Source: Patellaria atrata CBS 101060
Lineage: Eukaryota
Direction: 5' to 3'
Length of the DNA stretch: 64,000 bases
Assembly: GCA_010093705.1 (NCBI GenBank)
Contig: MU006106.1
Coordinates: 399,086-463,085, forward strand
Part shown: positions 34,083-47,443 of the stretch, piece by piece
Position numbering within the stretch: position 1 is the stretch's first letter
Layout of the letters: every line of letters starts with the position of its first letter
The notes under the pieces: model-generated
Seen by the model: the letters and a program-made list of their open reading frames with translations, nothing else
The model's database searches: none
What the model was told of the DNA's origin: nothing
Program-made: the position numbers and the translations under genes

Positions 34083-37000
34083 ATGCCAGGTCGAATTATC
34101 ATGGAACAAAATGGCGCGAATGGCGCTATATCAGAGAAACCGTCATCCAAATCTACGGTAAACGGTCCCTCTGATCTTCGCAATGGAGCATTCGTCAATG
34201 GCGCAACTCCCCATGGAGCTGGAGGATCGCCACCTGAACCTTCGAGCTTCTCACAGTTACCACCAAAAATCAGCCGGCTGGCCGACGAAGACTTCCGCCC
34301 GCTCAGCGTGCTGCTGACGAGGACAGTACAGGAATGTTTCAACGATTTGGGCACGACGATTGAGGAAATGGCTGCAATTCCGGTCCCTCCTCAACCAAGG
34401 TTACCCATGACGAATGGCGCAGGCAATATGGCGGTTGTCAATGGGAATGGAAACATGTCGGAGCCGAATGTGACGAAGAAGGTCAAGATGATGGAATTTG
34501 CGAACCACCACAGAGAAAGATTCATAAAATTGCTAGTTCTTTCGCAATGGGCGAAACATAGTGGAGATGTCCGTAGTTTGATAGATCTGTCAATCTGGTT
34601 AAGGAGTCAGGTCGACATGATGACATTTGCAGCGCAATCGTTTGGGAATCTAAAACTTGAGATGCACTCCGCTCAAGTTCCCAACCCGGATATCCAGACA
34701 GCTTTGGAAGTTTTATCCACCGGTCAAGCATCGTGGTTGCCGGATTTGGGCTACCTACCCCCTGATCCCCTTACACCTGAAAGAATTCTAAAAGTCTTAC
34801 AAGATATGAACGCCATACTTTCCATCCGTATAAATCTTCACGAAGAGCTCCCTCATCATCTGACCGACTGGTCAATAGGATCTGGCAGGGCGACTTTTCG
34901 TGTTCCAACAGAATTCGAGTTGGATGTTTCAGTCGCAGGTGAAGAACCGTCCTCTCCATTCTTCTTTATTGACATAAGATTAACCTTCACACCCACACCT
35001 GAGAAGCTGGATGGTCCCTTGCTAACGGAACTTGAACATAGAGCCAATGGTATCTTGGAAAAATCTGGGCTTTCAGGTTGTTATGACTTCTTTCATAACT
35101 TTGTTCTTACTCATAAACTTTCTATTCTACGGAAACAAGCATATGAGATGAGTATGGGCGCATGGGCAGACACAATCCGTGTCGAGAGCATTCATCGCTC
35201 AGTTATTGTGCAGTACTGGACCGATTTTGCCCATCAAGGGCGGAAAAACTGGCTAGAAATAGGGATCTCGAGTGGCAGATCGAAAATCTACAAGTCCTGG
35301 AAAGCTCTGGAGACCCCGAAGATTGGACTCCGTTGGTGGCGCGATGGTGTGGAAGTGAAAGATGTGGATGTCACCATAGACTGGGGAAATCTCTCAATGG
35401 AAAACATATTGACGAGCATAATCGACCTCCACATCAAGCGAATCTTGGGTACCATTAAGAGTACAATACTGCAATCTTCCGGAAATCTATCCTCCTTGAT
35501 AGTGGACGTTAGTACACCAACATCGAACACTGCCGACAGCGAATTGGAGCTCCAGCTGTGTACTTCAACATGTAAATTCAAGGGTGCAATCGTACATACT
35601 ACTGGACGTTTCGCGCTCAGACCTTTGAATCAGGTTAGTGTAAGCGCTGAGAATCAGATCAATGCATTGAAGGATATCTCACTCGATGCACCGACGAAAC
35701 TCACTGGAATGCTTTGCATGCATTTGCAAGTCAGCATCGTAAAAGAATCGGAGCTTTACGGTTGGAAGAAGCTCGGCAATATCAACATAAGGACCGACGC
35801 TATCAGAACGAAATTAAAGACGGAAATCGTTACTTACGCATTTTTTCGGATACGGGGCTGGACGTCAAACTGGGTAATAGCCGCAACTATCAACCTAAGC
35901 GGTGACTCCTGGTGGGTTATAGAGTTGTACGTAATTGTACCCCCCATATCAGACACATTTTCTAACTTAGTATAGGGATGATGCATCCGTTGGTGGCTCT
36001 ATTATAACAGCGCACCCTCTACCAAATGTATCCTCTACCAATGAGACAGACGGATTAAGTCCAACATTCTTCCACAAGGTCGAACGCCATGCTACAGCAT
36101 CATTATCCTTCCACATAACGTCTCAGGAGCTGAGGAAACGCCGAGTACCCCATACCTTACAGATGGAACCGGTCCCCGTAACGGTAGATACCGAAGACAA
36201 GGACGGCTTCATTTCGATTCCTACCATGTACATTAAATTCTCGTCACTAATGAAGGGTACCGCAAAACCTTGGGCATCAGAGTACCTCCGACTTTCTCAT
36301 CTCGGTTTTGAACCACAACAAGGAAAAGTGGTGCATATTGTTAGAGGGATGATGATAAATCCTAAGATCTACTCTCAACTCGTCAGCAACGCCAGGGATG
36401 AAAATGTCTCATTCAAGAAGAACGGGGCATTCTCCGTCACCATGAAGGCACCACTAGGCGTCCCGTTCATCGATCAGCTCAAGGACCGTCTCAAAGGTAT
36501 CGAACGACTAAGAACATTTGCCGAAGTCATGAAGCGCGAGAAACTACGATGCGATAAAATCAATTTAGGACGCATCATCTTCCGCTACGCCGACAATTTG
36601 ACCGCCGATATAAACTTCGCCGAAGCCAGCCAGATCAAAGTCGACCTCAGCCCAGATAACCCTCATCGGCGTATCGCAATCATGCTAGACAAGGTCCTGA
36701 ACGACCCCACCCACGGCTTCGAATACTTCATCCGCATACTATCCGTAACACTCCCCGTCGTCCGGGCCTGCGATGCTGCAGAGCAGAACTCCCAATCTTC
36801 GTCCACACAATGCATAACTCACCCCCGCAACGTGCAGTGGTTCCGCATCAAGTACAGGAACCCCCAATGTTTCTTCGACCTCCAACTCCGCAACCGAAGA
36901 GACGCGTTGGAGTGGCATCTCGACGACCCCGAAGCGAGAACCGGCGTCAAACCCGCCAGCGCGAGGCCGGATGACCTCGCGGCCGCGCTGAAGGATCTCT

Positions 37001-37149
37001 TCCGCGGGCATGGAGAGAAGTGGTGGGGTCTCCGCACTGGCCTCTACGCCGGCGTCGACGGTATCTACGATGCTATTCTCAGAGTCGACGACGTGGTCCG
37101 CGGGTTTGCTATCAAGGCCAAGGATCCCGAGATCGTAGAGTTAGATTAA
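34083..37149 (+). CDS. MED14: Mediator of RNA polymerase II transcription subunit 14 (Rgr1); 2 exons
   Basis: MPGRIIME start; Med14 domain NVTKKVKMMEFANHHRERFIKLLVLSQW, AQVPNPDIQTALEVLSTG, SIGSGRATFRVPTEFELDVS; intron 35927-35975 joins the 36163 ORF; ends EIVELD. Confidence 0.93.
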
Positions 37150-38120
37150 TTCCCCTCTTCCTCACCACCTCTACCATGTTTCCCCTCTACCGTCTCCCGT
37201 CCTTTTCGCCCTTCCAACGTCCCGCTCGCTCACCGCGTCAGGCATATCTTGTATCTTTATTAATCTTTTCTTCAGTTTCTTCCACTTTTTACCCCTTTCC
37301 CGTCTTCTGATACCTCTTTCCCTTTTTCCTTTTTGGGGATGGATGGGGAGTTTGAAACTTTTTTTTTTTTTTTGCCGTAGGAGGGATACACGAAGCATAT
37401 AGCACCCACTCACCGGGTATGGCAGGGCGAAGGCGGTAATGTCGAATTTTTGTGTATCGTGTACGAGAATGAGGGTGTAGACATGGTGCCCGTTTTTGCG
37501 AGGGTTTGAGCGGGAGAGGTTGGGGGGGAGGGGGAAATGTGAGGGAGTGGCTAGGGCCGGGAGAGGGGAGTTATTGTGCTGGTTGAGTGCTAGGAATTGA
37601 AATAAAAGATTTTGAGACTTTTGTGACGGTGTGTGAATTGCGCGCTTTTGATGTGCGGTTCCAATGCTTGATTATGAGGTTGTTAGTGTATCTGTATCGG
37701 TCCCTTCTGATTCCCCTGGACTATGAGGAGCAGGCGGAATGGACCGTATGCTCTGCGGACGCAGAGAGAACCCCGTGAAAAGTTCTTAATAAGGGATTTG
37801 GGAGTTCGGTGGAAGGGTTGGAGCAAGTAAGTGTAGAAGGACGGAGGAGTGCTGATTGCAATAAAATGGTGGGATTCACTGCGGCTCACACATAAATAGA
37901 TGTGTACTCTTAGATCCGACTATAAATATGGCAAAACCTGAAACGAAAATTTCCCACCACGAGTCTACAAAAGAACCGAATTCTATGAATTTGATATAGC
38001 ACAAGTCTACATATGCAGCTTTATAATCCCCCCAACCACCCCCCTCAACGGCGCAAACAACAGCATCCCAACCATCCCCCAAACCTCCGATCCTCCCTAA
38101 AAAAAAAAAAAAAGCCCAAC

Positions 38121-38964
38121 TCACTTCCCCTTCGCAATCCACCCCTCCACCTTCTCCACAATCCCCTCAACCCTCTCCTGCGCCATCGCAACCCCCATAG
38201 CCGAATGCGCCTTCCCCGTCTCCCACATCCTCCCCACGCGCTCAGCCACAACCTCATGATTCCGCGCGACAACCGGCCACCGTTGTTCCCAGCTCCACAC
38301 CAGATCCCCCACATTTCGCATCGTGAGCGGAATCACGACCCAGCCGGCCGTCACACCGGCAGCGACGGGGACGCTGGCGCGGAGCAGGATGTTCCGGTTG
38401 CGGGTCACGATGCTGCCGGCGAGGGTTGAGACGAGCACGGTTAGTAGCCCCGGTGCGAGTTTTTCGTTGGAGGTCCGGGGGGGCGCGAGGGAGGTGAGCG
38501 TACTGGTTAGGTTGTGCTCGAGGTGCAGGGTTCGGGTCAGGAGCGCGTTTGTGTGGTCTTCGGCGCGGGTGGCGTGGTGATGAAGGTAGAGACGCGCGGT
38601 GGCGATGTGGTGTTGGAGGCGTTCTGTTGGGGTTGGTTTGCTTGGGGTGGAGTTTGAGTTGGAGAGCTCGGGAGATGATGGTGATGATGAGATTGTGGGT
38701 GTGGTTGTGGAAGGGGCGGAGGAGCTCGGTGGGTCGTAGATGGATTTGCGGGGGGTCTGTTGGATGTTAGAGTTGAGATGGTTTGAGGGTGGAGGGAGAC
38801 GGACTGTGTGTTCTTCGGCGTGGATGAGGCCTTTTGGGTAGAGGAGTAGGCCTGTTGTCATGGCGAGCGCAGCTGGTGCAATGGCACCCTGGTGTTATCA
38901 GCACTTTGTAGCGAGTATTCATTGTGAGGTCACTTACCTGCCGTAATATAGGCCTAAATGCCAT
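38121..38964 (-). CDS. MIC26: MICOS subunit Mic26/Mic27 (apolipoprotein O family); 2 exons
   Basis: MAFRPILRQ|GAIAPAALAM..., RKSIYD, PTPTERL, SLAPPRTSNEKLAPGLLTVLVSTLAGSIVTRNRNILLR, PLTMRNVGDLVWSWE; intron 38937-38889. Confidence 0.85.
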
Positions 38965-39180
38965 TGAGCGGGATGTGAGGTCTCAATAGTGGATAAGAAG
39001 CTCGAAATGTGGTTTTCATGAAGTTGATGATAGATCGGGGAGGATCGCATGCATAAGCTTGCACAAGCGGACAAGGGCCCGGCATAAAAAGTTGTGTTAG
39101 CCTCGGGCAGCTGCATCACCTTCCGTCCGTACAACCAAAAGTCAAGAGCATCGCAGCTTCTATCACTTGCACATCACGAT

Positions 39181-41541
39181 ATGTTGCAGAGCTTGAAGGC
39201 GCGAGCTTGGACTTGTGCCAGATGCCTGCGAAAGCAGCGCCAGAATATTAGAGCCATCACCATCCAAACCCAGTCCCATAAAGCTATCAATCACCCTCCG
39301 CCGGCCAGCTACGCCCCTCCAGATTCCACCCACGACGACCGTATCCTCCGCCAGATATTCGATTCTCCGAACATATGGCGGGACTTCACACAGACGCGGA
39401 AAGATCCCCTATCGCACAAGTCCGCGGGTCTGTTTCAGAACCGATATCTCACGCGACCCGATGGCTTCCAGCAGTTCGCCGCGGTCACCCTGCAGAAGTG
39501 TAGGAAGATAGTGGATAAGGTGTTGGCTGCTTCTACAATCGAAGCGTATAGAGGGCTCTCTAGAGATCTGGACAGGCTCAGTGATCTCCTCTGCCGTGTC
39601 ATTGACCTGGCAGACTTCGTACGAAGTACCCATCCTGATTCTCGCATGCAACATGCGGCCTCTCAAGCTTACGGCACCATGTTTGAATACATGAACGTCC
39701 TAAATACTACAACGGGTCTAAATGACCAGCTGAAGAGGGCCATGGCTATCCCAGAGATCGTGAATTCTTGGAGTGAGGAAGAGAAAGTCGTGGCGCAGAT
39801 ATTGATAAAGGATTTCTCCAAATCCGCTATAGACCTCCCGGAAAGAGATAGGCAGAGATTTGTTGAACTGTCAAATGCTATCACACAGGTGGGAACTGAA
39901 TTTGTGGACACAATGACGCCGGCGACGGAACATTTGACGATCGACAGTAGTAAAATGAGAGGCATGGATCCCAGAGTGGTAAAGAGCTTGATGCGATGGG
40001 GTAAAGTAGTACTCCCAGCTATTGGCATGCCGGCGATGATGGCAATGAGGCAGGTTGAGGACCCAGAAATCCGGCGAGATATCTACATGGCAAACCGTAC
40101 AGCCTCAAGTGGAACCATATCTCGCTTGGAGGAGCTCCTGATGAGGAGAGCAGAGCTAGCAAAGTTGTCTGGATATGACAGCTTCGCAGAGATGGCGCTG
40201 TCCGATAAGATGGCAAAATCACCTGAAGCCGTCAATCAGTTTCTAGGTGCTCTTGTTAAGGACAATTACCAACGCGTCCATAACGAGCTACAAGAGCTTC
40301 TCGAGTTCAAGAAAGCGGACGCGCGTAATAACAATTCGCCTAGCCAGCTAAATGCATGGGATAGGGATTATTATACGTCCCGTCTATTATCGACGATGCA
40401 TAGCAAGATCCGCTCCCCAGATTTTCTATCAGCTTACTTCTCTCTTGGGACAGTAATGCAGGGGTTATCTCGTCTGTTTAGTCGGTTATATGGCATCCGC
40501 CTTGTCCCTCGAGAAACGCTACCGGGGGAAACTTGGAATGACGATGTACGACGGCTAGATATAATCGACGACACCACCGGCCACATCGCCGTCTTATACT
40601 GCGACCTCTTCTCCCGTCCCGGAAAGAGCCCCAACCCTGCTCACTTCACCATCCGCTGCTCTCGAGAAATCTCACAGCATGAAATCGAAGAAGCGGGAAC
40701 AACCTCCCACCCCTTCGCCGTTCCTGTTGAAGCTGCCACAGACGGTATGGCCAGCGCCCTCAATCCTAACACCGGCACCATCTTCCAACTCCCTACCATA
40801 GCCCTCATCTGCGACTTCGAGCGTTCCCCCTCCTCCTCCCATCGTCCCACCCTCCTCAACTTCCGCGAAGTCCAGACCCTCTTCCACGAAATGGGCCACG
40901 CGTTACATTCCATGCTCGGTCGCACGGCACTCCAGAACGTCAGCGGGACGCGCTGCGCAACTGACTTCGCCGAACTACCTTCCGTCCTAATGGAGCACTT
41001 TGCCGCCGCCCCCGAGGTTCTAGCGCTCTACGCCCGGCACTGGGAAACCGACGCCCCGCTCCCCTACCGCGTGATCGAGAACCGCCTAGCCATCGACCGC
41101 CGCATGGCCGGCGCAGAAACCGAATCCCAGATCCTCCTCGCCATGCTCGACCAAGCATACCACTCCCCGCTCCCCCTCTCCACAGACTTCGACAGCACAG
41201 CCACCTACCACGATATCTTTGAAGCCTACGCCAGCATCCGCGAGCCCCGGGGGACGGCGTGGCAGGGCTTTTTCGGCCATCTGTATGGGTACGGCGCGAC
41301 GTATTATTCGTATCTCTTTGATCGCGCGATCGCCGGGCGGATTTGGAAAGATGTGTTTCAGAGGACAGAGAGGGGCGCTGTGGAGAGGGAGACGGGACAG
41401 AGGTTTAGAGATGAGGTGTTGAGGTGGGGAGGGAGCAGGGATGGGTGGAGGTGCGTTGCTGGTGTTTTGGGGGATGAGAGACTGGTTGAGGGGGGCACGG
41501 AGGCGATGAAGGAGGTTGGGAGGTGGGGCGTCGGTGATTAA
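39181..41541 (+). CDS. OCT1: Mitochondrial intermediate peptidase (M3 metallopeptidase)
   Basis: Presequence with WTCARC; LDRLSDLLCRVIDLADFVRSTHPD; zinc motif TLFHEMGHALHSMLGRT; TRCATDFAELPS; FGHLYGYGATYYSYLFDRAIA; intronless. Confidence 0.96.
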   Translation: MLQSLKARAWTCARCLRKQRQNIRAITIQTQSHKAINHPPPASYAPPDSTHDDRILRQIFDSPNIWRDFTQTRKDPLSHKSAGLFQNRYLTRPDGFQQFAAVTLQKCRKIVDKVLAASTIEAYRGLSRDLDRLSDLLCRVIDLADFVRSTHPDSRMQHAASQAYGTMFEYMNVLNTTTGLNDQLKRAMAIPEIVNSWSEEEKVVAQILIKDFSKSAIDLPERDRQRFVELSNAITQVGTEFVDTMTPATEHLTIDSSKMRGMDPRVVKSLMRWGKVVLPAIGMPAMMAMRQVEDPEIRRDIYMANRTASSGTISRLEELLMRRAELAKLSGYDSFAEMALSDKMAKSPEAVNQFLGALVKDNYQRVHNELQELLEFKKADARNNNSPSQLNAWDRDYYTSRLLSTMHSKIRSPDFLSAYFSLGTVMQGLSRLFSRLYGIRLVPRETLPGETWNDDVRRLDIIDDTTGHIAVLYCDLFSRPGKSPNPAHFTIRCSREISQHEIEEAGTTSHPFAVPVEAATDGMASALNPNTGTIFQLPTIALICDFERSPSSSHRPTLLNFREVQTLFHEMGHALHSMLGRTALQNVSGTRCATDFAELPSVLMEHFAAAPEVLALYARHWETDAPLPYRVIENRLAIDRRMAGAETESQILLAMLDQAYHSPLPLSTDFDSTATYHDIFEAYASIREPRGTAWQGFFGHLYGYGATYYSYLFDRAIAGRIWKDVFQRTERGAVERETGQRFRDEVLRWGGSRDGWRCVAGVLGDERLVEGGTEAMKEVGRWGVGD

Positions 41542-42168
41542 TATGGCTGTATATCAAGAGCTTCTACGAGCTGAATACTGGGTTGAAGGACGCCGACACG
41601 GGCTTTTAGATGCTTATACGGCACGTGTACATCATGAGTGGAGAGGAGATATGGGGATCTCGATTGTAAGATAGATATGTATAACATCATCAACCCCCAG
41701 CCGCCAACAGGCGCGCACTAGAGCTCGCCAGTACAGGATTCATAATGTGTACGGTTCCCCAAGTCCCCTTGCCGCCCTCGCGCCTACAAAATCTAACCCC
41801 AACTTCCGCCCACGCACCAAGTTCTCTCGAGTACAGCGAGCGTACCCACCCTCAACCCTTCCCCTAGCACCCAGCTTACGCCTGTGATACGAACGTGCAG
41901 GGCTCTAACACATCCACACAGAGACGGCACATACTAGTTATAAGTTAGTCTACAGTACGTCGTCCCGGAAACACGTGCAGGCAAAAGGTTGATCACAAGG
42001 TGCCGCCAGTCAATGGTTCGGTAAGAGGTCAGTATCACACCTAGTGAGATGGACGCATATAGTTTAGACAAACGAAATATCATTCCAATTACACTGTATA
42101 TAGTACATTATTCCACCATTCTTCCGCCACCCACGCAGTACCTATCCCATTTCATCTCTTGGGGAGGC

Positions 42169-45100
42169 TCAAATATAGTACCTACCAAACCGGTTAGCTT
42201 TCTCACCGCATATCAGTCACATTACAATCACAAACTCACCTCGGTGCCCCATTATCCAAGACATGATACTTGTGTCCCCTAACACCGTTACCCTTAAACA
42301 GCGCCGGGAATCTGAAGCCCTCAGGGACCTGATTCTCGTCGATCACATCATCGGATCCCTCAGGCTGACCGACCAAGAACTTGCCGACCTGGATTTCAGT
42401 ATCGGTGATCGTGTCCCGAGTGACTCTCGCGTAGCCTATCCTTCTGATCTTCTTGTACAAGATATACTCGCACCACCTGTCCCAATCGCTAGGATCGATG
42501 TCACGCATACCGCTCCTATCGCCGACATACGTGTTGTAATTGCCCTCTTTCGGCTTCGTGACAAGGTAGCTGAGCAAGATGCTCGGTCTCGGGCTCTCGC
42601 CCATGAGTTTGGATAGATACTCGCTCTGCAGCCTGCGATCTTCCGGGTCCTCTTCCTGGCCAGAATGGAACACAAATACATCCACAAGTTGGCCGTAAAC
42701 ATCAAGCGTGGCATGGATGGCCGGAGCGAGTTCACCCACTGGCGACGGAAGGAGGTGATGTGTTGAGTTGAGGATCGGAAACTTTGAGAGCAATGCCGCG
42801 CCCCAGGTGTGCTTGTTAGGTCCGGGACCGTAGTCAACGTACATGCCTAGGTCCTCGGCGAGGAATTGCGTGGTGTCGCGGTTGCCCATGATGATGCGTT
42901 GGAGATCAGATTCGAGAAGACCGACAACGTCGAGCTCGAGTTCCTTGATGACGTCGCGCATGCGTCGCTCTGAAGTCCACATATCGTTGTCGAGGGAAAA
43001 GTGAATAGTCCAAATACCTGCGGTCAGGACCTTATCTTGGGCGTGGTATGGAGTGTAGTTGTAAGATGGGAAGCGTAGATATGCGATCGAAGCACCCAGG
43101 AGTTCAAGCGCCAACAACACATATAGGTAGTACGATCGTTGTTTCTTAGCGGTGGGATTTATGGGCTTGTCCTTCAGCTTTTGGCTTGCACGTCCAGTAG
43201 CAGAAGTAGTAGCAGAGAAAACGCCGCAACCGACGAGAAGCATTGTTACGGTCATGACCCAGTCCGTATGTTCGCGCATAAGAGGACCACCAGGGACAAA
43301 GGCGTAAGCCACAACCCAAACATGTGCCAGAACTAGGAAGTTGTAGATCAGGAATCCTAAACCAAATGTTGGAGCAGGAGAATGACGTGCTGCAGACGAG
43401 ATGAAGACCGGAGGGAGTGCCATTATGTAGATAGTCAGAGCGAGAGCACCATAGTAACCAAACCAGTTACTGGATGTGGTTAGAATTGCAGCTCCAATCG
43501 ACCCAATGCCAAAGAAGGTCCAGCTACGTGCAAAATTCGGGTAGAATAGGCCGATAACGAGACCCAGGCCCATTGCCATCAGAGTCCAGCTCCCGTGTGG
43601 TACAGCAAGAGGTCCTCGCACAGGAAATCCCTCCCAGACCCAAAGGATCATAGTGCTGGAATCTGACAGAAGCGAATGCATAGCGAAGAAGAGACCAGCA
43701 AGACCAAGTCCTGCAAGCGTTGGAGATCCTTTCTGCGACCCAGGGGCGGGAATATCTCCACCAGTACTAGCAGTAGACCTGGTTGATCGTAAGATTGCAA
43801 GGACTGCTAATGTAATCCCGATCTTATTCCAGCCTCCGGTTTTCTCGTTCATGATTGGCCATATCGGGTTATTAGTCCAGGATGAGAATTTAGCCACGCT
43901 AGAAGCGAGCAATCCAAGACTGAATGCAGAGACGCGTGCTTCGAGACGATGAGGCTGGGAACGTTCGGCAAAGAATATGGCTGACCATGCGAAACATGAT
44001 GTCCACAGGCCGTATCCGACAGAGAAGAGACGGTATTCAGGACTCTTGACGAGATATGCTAGAAGACCTGTCAAAGAAGACAGGTGGAGAATTCGCACAT
44101 TCTTGATGGCGAACGAACGAAGCGGCCGGATGCCGAGGAAGAAAGGAGAGATAGTGCACATAACAAAAACTTCATATCCTGATATTCCCATATGCCAAAG
44201 GGGGAAATCTGGCTTCGTGAGCGAATGCATGACATTGAGCAATAGTTGGACTTACACCACACAACGGTTCCAAGAGAGGTCAGCATCGACCAGAATACAA
44301 ACTATTTCATGTTATCAGCATCTTGAAACAACAAGTCCGGGGTACAAACTTACTCCATTGTACGTGTCCGCAGCAGCATCGATGGCTGCTGGCCAGGAGA
44401 AACCACCGGACAATACTTGAGCAAGTTCTGTGTTTTTCCTGCTGAAATTTAGAATAAAAGGGCCAATGTTCAATAGAGTCACATACTGTTTTTCAAGTAG
44501 GCCGTCGGCAGCCAATTGATTGTTACTAATTTGGGACGATAAATTTCAGAAATCGTTCGATTGAATTCGTAAAGCTATTTACTTTGGAAGCCAGGGAACA
44601 TACCCTCTGCTTACGCCTCTAACGTCTTTAACAATGATTTCAAAGCTTGAAAAGTCTAGTACAGTAACAGCGTCGAAAGCCACATCGAGCAAGACCAGAG
44701 CCCATTCGAAGAAGGCGTATATCGTATATGCTGCGAAGCTATCAGCCGTGAATATAGTAGCACAACTCATGTATATTTACCTCCAGGCACCCTGTGTACC
44801 TTGTGCTGAATAAAAAAGTATATAAGAGGAACTAGAGTGCCAAAGAAGGCGCCAGCAAAGATCTTTCTGTATTTGATGGCGGTGGGATTACGGGGGCTCA
44901 AGGCGAGACATCCAAGTGTCCATGGCAGGGTTGCAACTAAGTAAGATATCATGAAAATATCGTGCCAGTCGTGATCATCAGTCGATGTGACATATGTCCA
45001 ACCCCCGCATGTTAATGTCCTAAAAATCCCCGTGCCCAGAACGAACTTTGGCAGGGAGGAATTCGGTCTGGCAGTCAGGGCATACCATAATCCCACCAGG

Positions 45101-45626
45101 GCAAATCTAGGACCTATATAACCTCAGCTTTATATTCTGTATAAGGTAACTGCAATTGTACCAGAGGTAATGGCAATAAAGACTTGGAAGACGGAACGCT
45201 CGGGATAACGGTCACCAATAGTGGAGGATACAGAAGGGAACCATTCTTGAGGGTATCCCTAGGAGTAATTGTTAGGTCGAAGTATAAGGTTAGGTCGAAT
45301 ACACTTACATAATGCTCATTTTGTACTATTTTATGATAATGCAGCTTCCTTAGAGATCGTAAGCATCCAGTTGCGAGGAATGGTTGATGATTGTCCCATA
45401 CACTCCAACGATTAATGCTCCCAGAAACGCCGCTTTAACCAGATTAGCTTCCGATAAATTTACTGAAAATGTTGAAAACGTACCGTATGCGACGATTGTG
45501 TGTGCCCATGATATCCATTTCCCAGAAAACTGATATCTAATTAATGGAAAGCTCAAGGCATACAAACAAGCCATCTGAATAACTTACCGAGGCAACCACC
45601 TCCCCATCCTTGAATTTTGGAGCCAT
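42169..45626 (-). CDS. CWH43: GPI lipid-remodelling protein Cwh43 (Frag1/PGAP2 N-domain, multi-TM region, endonuclease/phosphatase-like C-domain); about 10 exons
   Basis: [13 protein letters not shown]|..., [26 protein letters not shown] region, [90 protein letters not shown]; terminal exon gives APR|YYI-stop. Confidence 0.95.
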
Positions 45627-45872
45627 CCTCAAGGACTGATCATTACAGTATAGAGGATGGGTTGTAAAAGAGCGTCAAGAAAGCAGACAATCTGGAGATA
45701 TCTACGTCGTCGAGTCGCGTCTCCTGAAATTCGGAGGTGGCAGCGGCGAAGATGCAACGCTTGGTCCGTGCCTCGGTCCCAAACCTTAAAAAAAAATATT
45801 ACAAATTCCCCACCTTACTGGTAAGAACTGTAAAGAGATTCACAAGTCCTTGATACTAAACCCAGGTGTATC

Positions 45873-47318
45873 ATGACAAGTGACAAGGCGAGATTTTACC
45901 TCGAGAGTGTAAGTTATCACCACGATCCCAATGCCACTATTCTAATCCAGCATACAGTCCATCCCGGAGCTTCTCGAGCTCGAGCGCAAGGAAATCTTCA
46001 CCAAGGTTGGTGCTAATCAGACTACCCAAAATCATTTAGCAAACAATAACAATTGTAGGAGGAGATAAAAGCTATCACGAAGAAGCGCTCTGATTTCGAA
46101 CACATTGTCAACGCTCGAGGTTCACATCCCTCAGACTGGGCGCGATATGCCGCCTACGAGATAAATCTAGAGAACTTGCGTAAGAAGCGTGTCAAGAGAC
46201 TGGGGATCAAGGGGACAACACACTCAGGGCAAAGACGCATATTCTTTATACTAGACCGTGGGACCAAGAAATTTCATGGAGATGTAGCCCTCTGGATGCA
46301 ATATCTTAACTTTGCAAGGGGTGAGAAGGCGCATAGGAAGGTAAATCAGATCCTGACGGATGTTCTAAGGATGCATCCCACGAGACCAGAACTATGGATA
46401 TATGCTGCACGTTATGCCATGGATGAAGCTGATATGACCAATGCGAGGAGTTACATGCAAAGGGGATTGAGATTCCGCAAGAGTGCAAAAGAGTTATGGA
46501 TGGAATATGCTAAGCTAGAGATGCTATACATTGGTAAGATCGCTGCAAGGAGAACTATACTAGGTCTTGATGTCGGCAAGTCCAGCAATATACAAGGAGA
46601 GGTGGAGGATGACCCAGATGCGGACGTTATCGCGTTGCCAAAAGTTACCGCAGAGGATATTGACCCAACTCTAAACCCTGATATCACTTCTGATGATACA
46701 GCTCTTAAAAACCTTACTTCGACGCTCATTCTTACTGGGGCGATTCCAATGGCAATCTTCGACCAGGCCATGAAACAATTCAATCACAGTCCCACTATGG
46801 CTGAACAGTTCTTCACCCTCTTCGCCGAGTTCGATCGCGTCCCATGCGTCTCAAGCCTGCTGAATCGTGTTGTTGAAGCATTAGAACGTGAATCATCTTC
46901 CACGGTCCAATTTCCGGCTTGTTATGCGCGAACACCGATTGTTGGTGTCCAAGTCGACTCAGTCGAATTTCCTACCGCTCTTGGACAGAGTCTGGAACGC
47001 GTTAAATCCTCTATGCAGCAGAGACCGCATCAGAAGGCAGATCTCGCAGAACGCGCTATGACTTGGTTATTACCTCTAGCTCGTAGAGATAAGCTGGATC
47101 CATCTCTTCATGTTGTCATTTCCGCTTCCCTACGTCAATTCCTTCGACCTCTTAATTCAGTTGACGGTGATTCTAGTGGAAAGCTGGCGGACTTCATTAC
47201 TCGTTTACTGGATGCATCTCAATTTGAGGATGCAAAATATCTTCTCACTCTAGGCCTGAAGCGAAATGGTTCTGACGAGCGCTTGCTTGCGATTGAGGCG
47301 TCTCTTCCATCAAGATGA
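45873..47318 (+). CDS. UTP6: U3 snoRNA-associated protein 6 (HAT repeats); 3 exons
   Basis: MTSDKARFYLES|SIPELLELERKEIFTK|EEIKAITKKRSDFEH, YEINLENLRKKRVKRL, ARSYMQRGLRF, LWMEYAKLEMLY; introns 45909-45957 and 46006-46058. Confidence 0.93.
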
Positions 47319-47443
47319 GAGGATCTTGTTTAACCGTTCATTCTGCTAGGGGAGATCAAATGCTCCTGGGCAGACATGACACGCACATAACCTTGGTCAG
47401 CGTCGTCGAACGATAATGTTCACCTATAACAGGGTCTGAAGGG

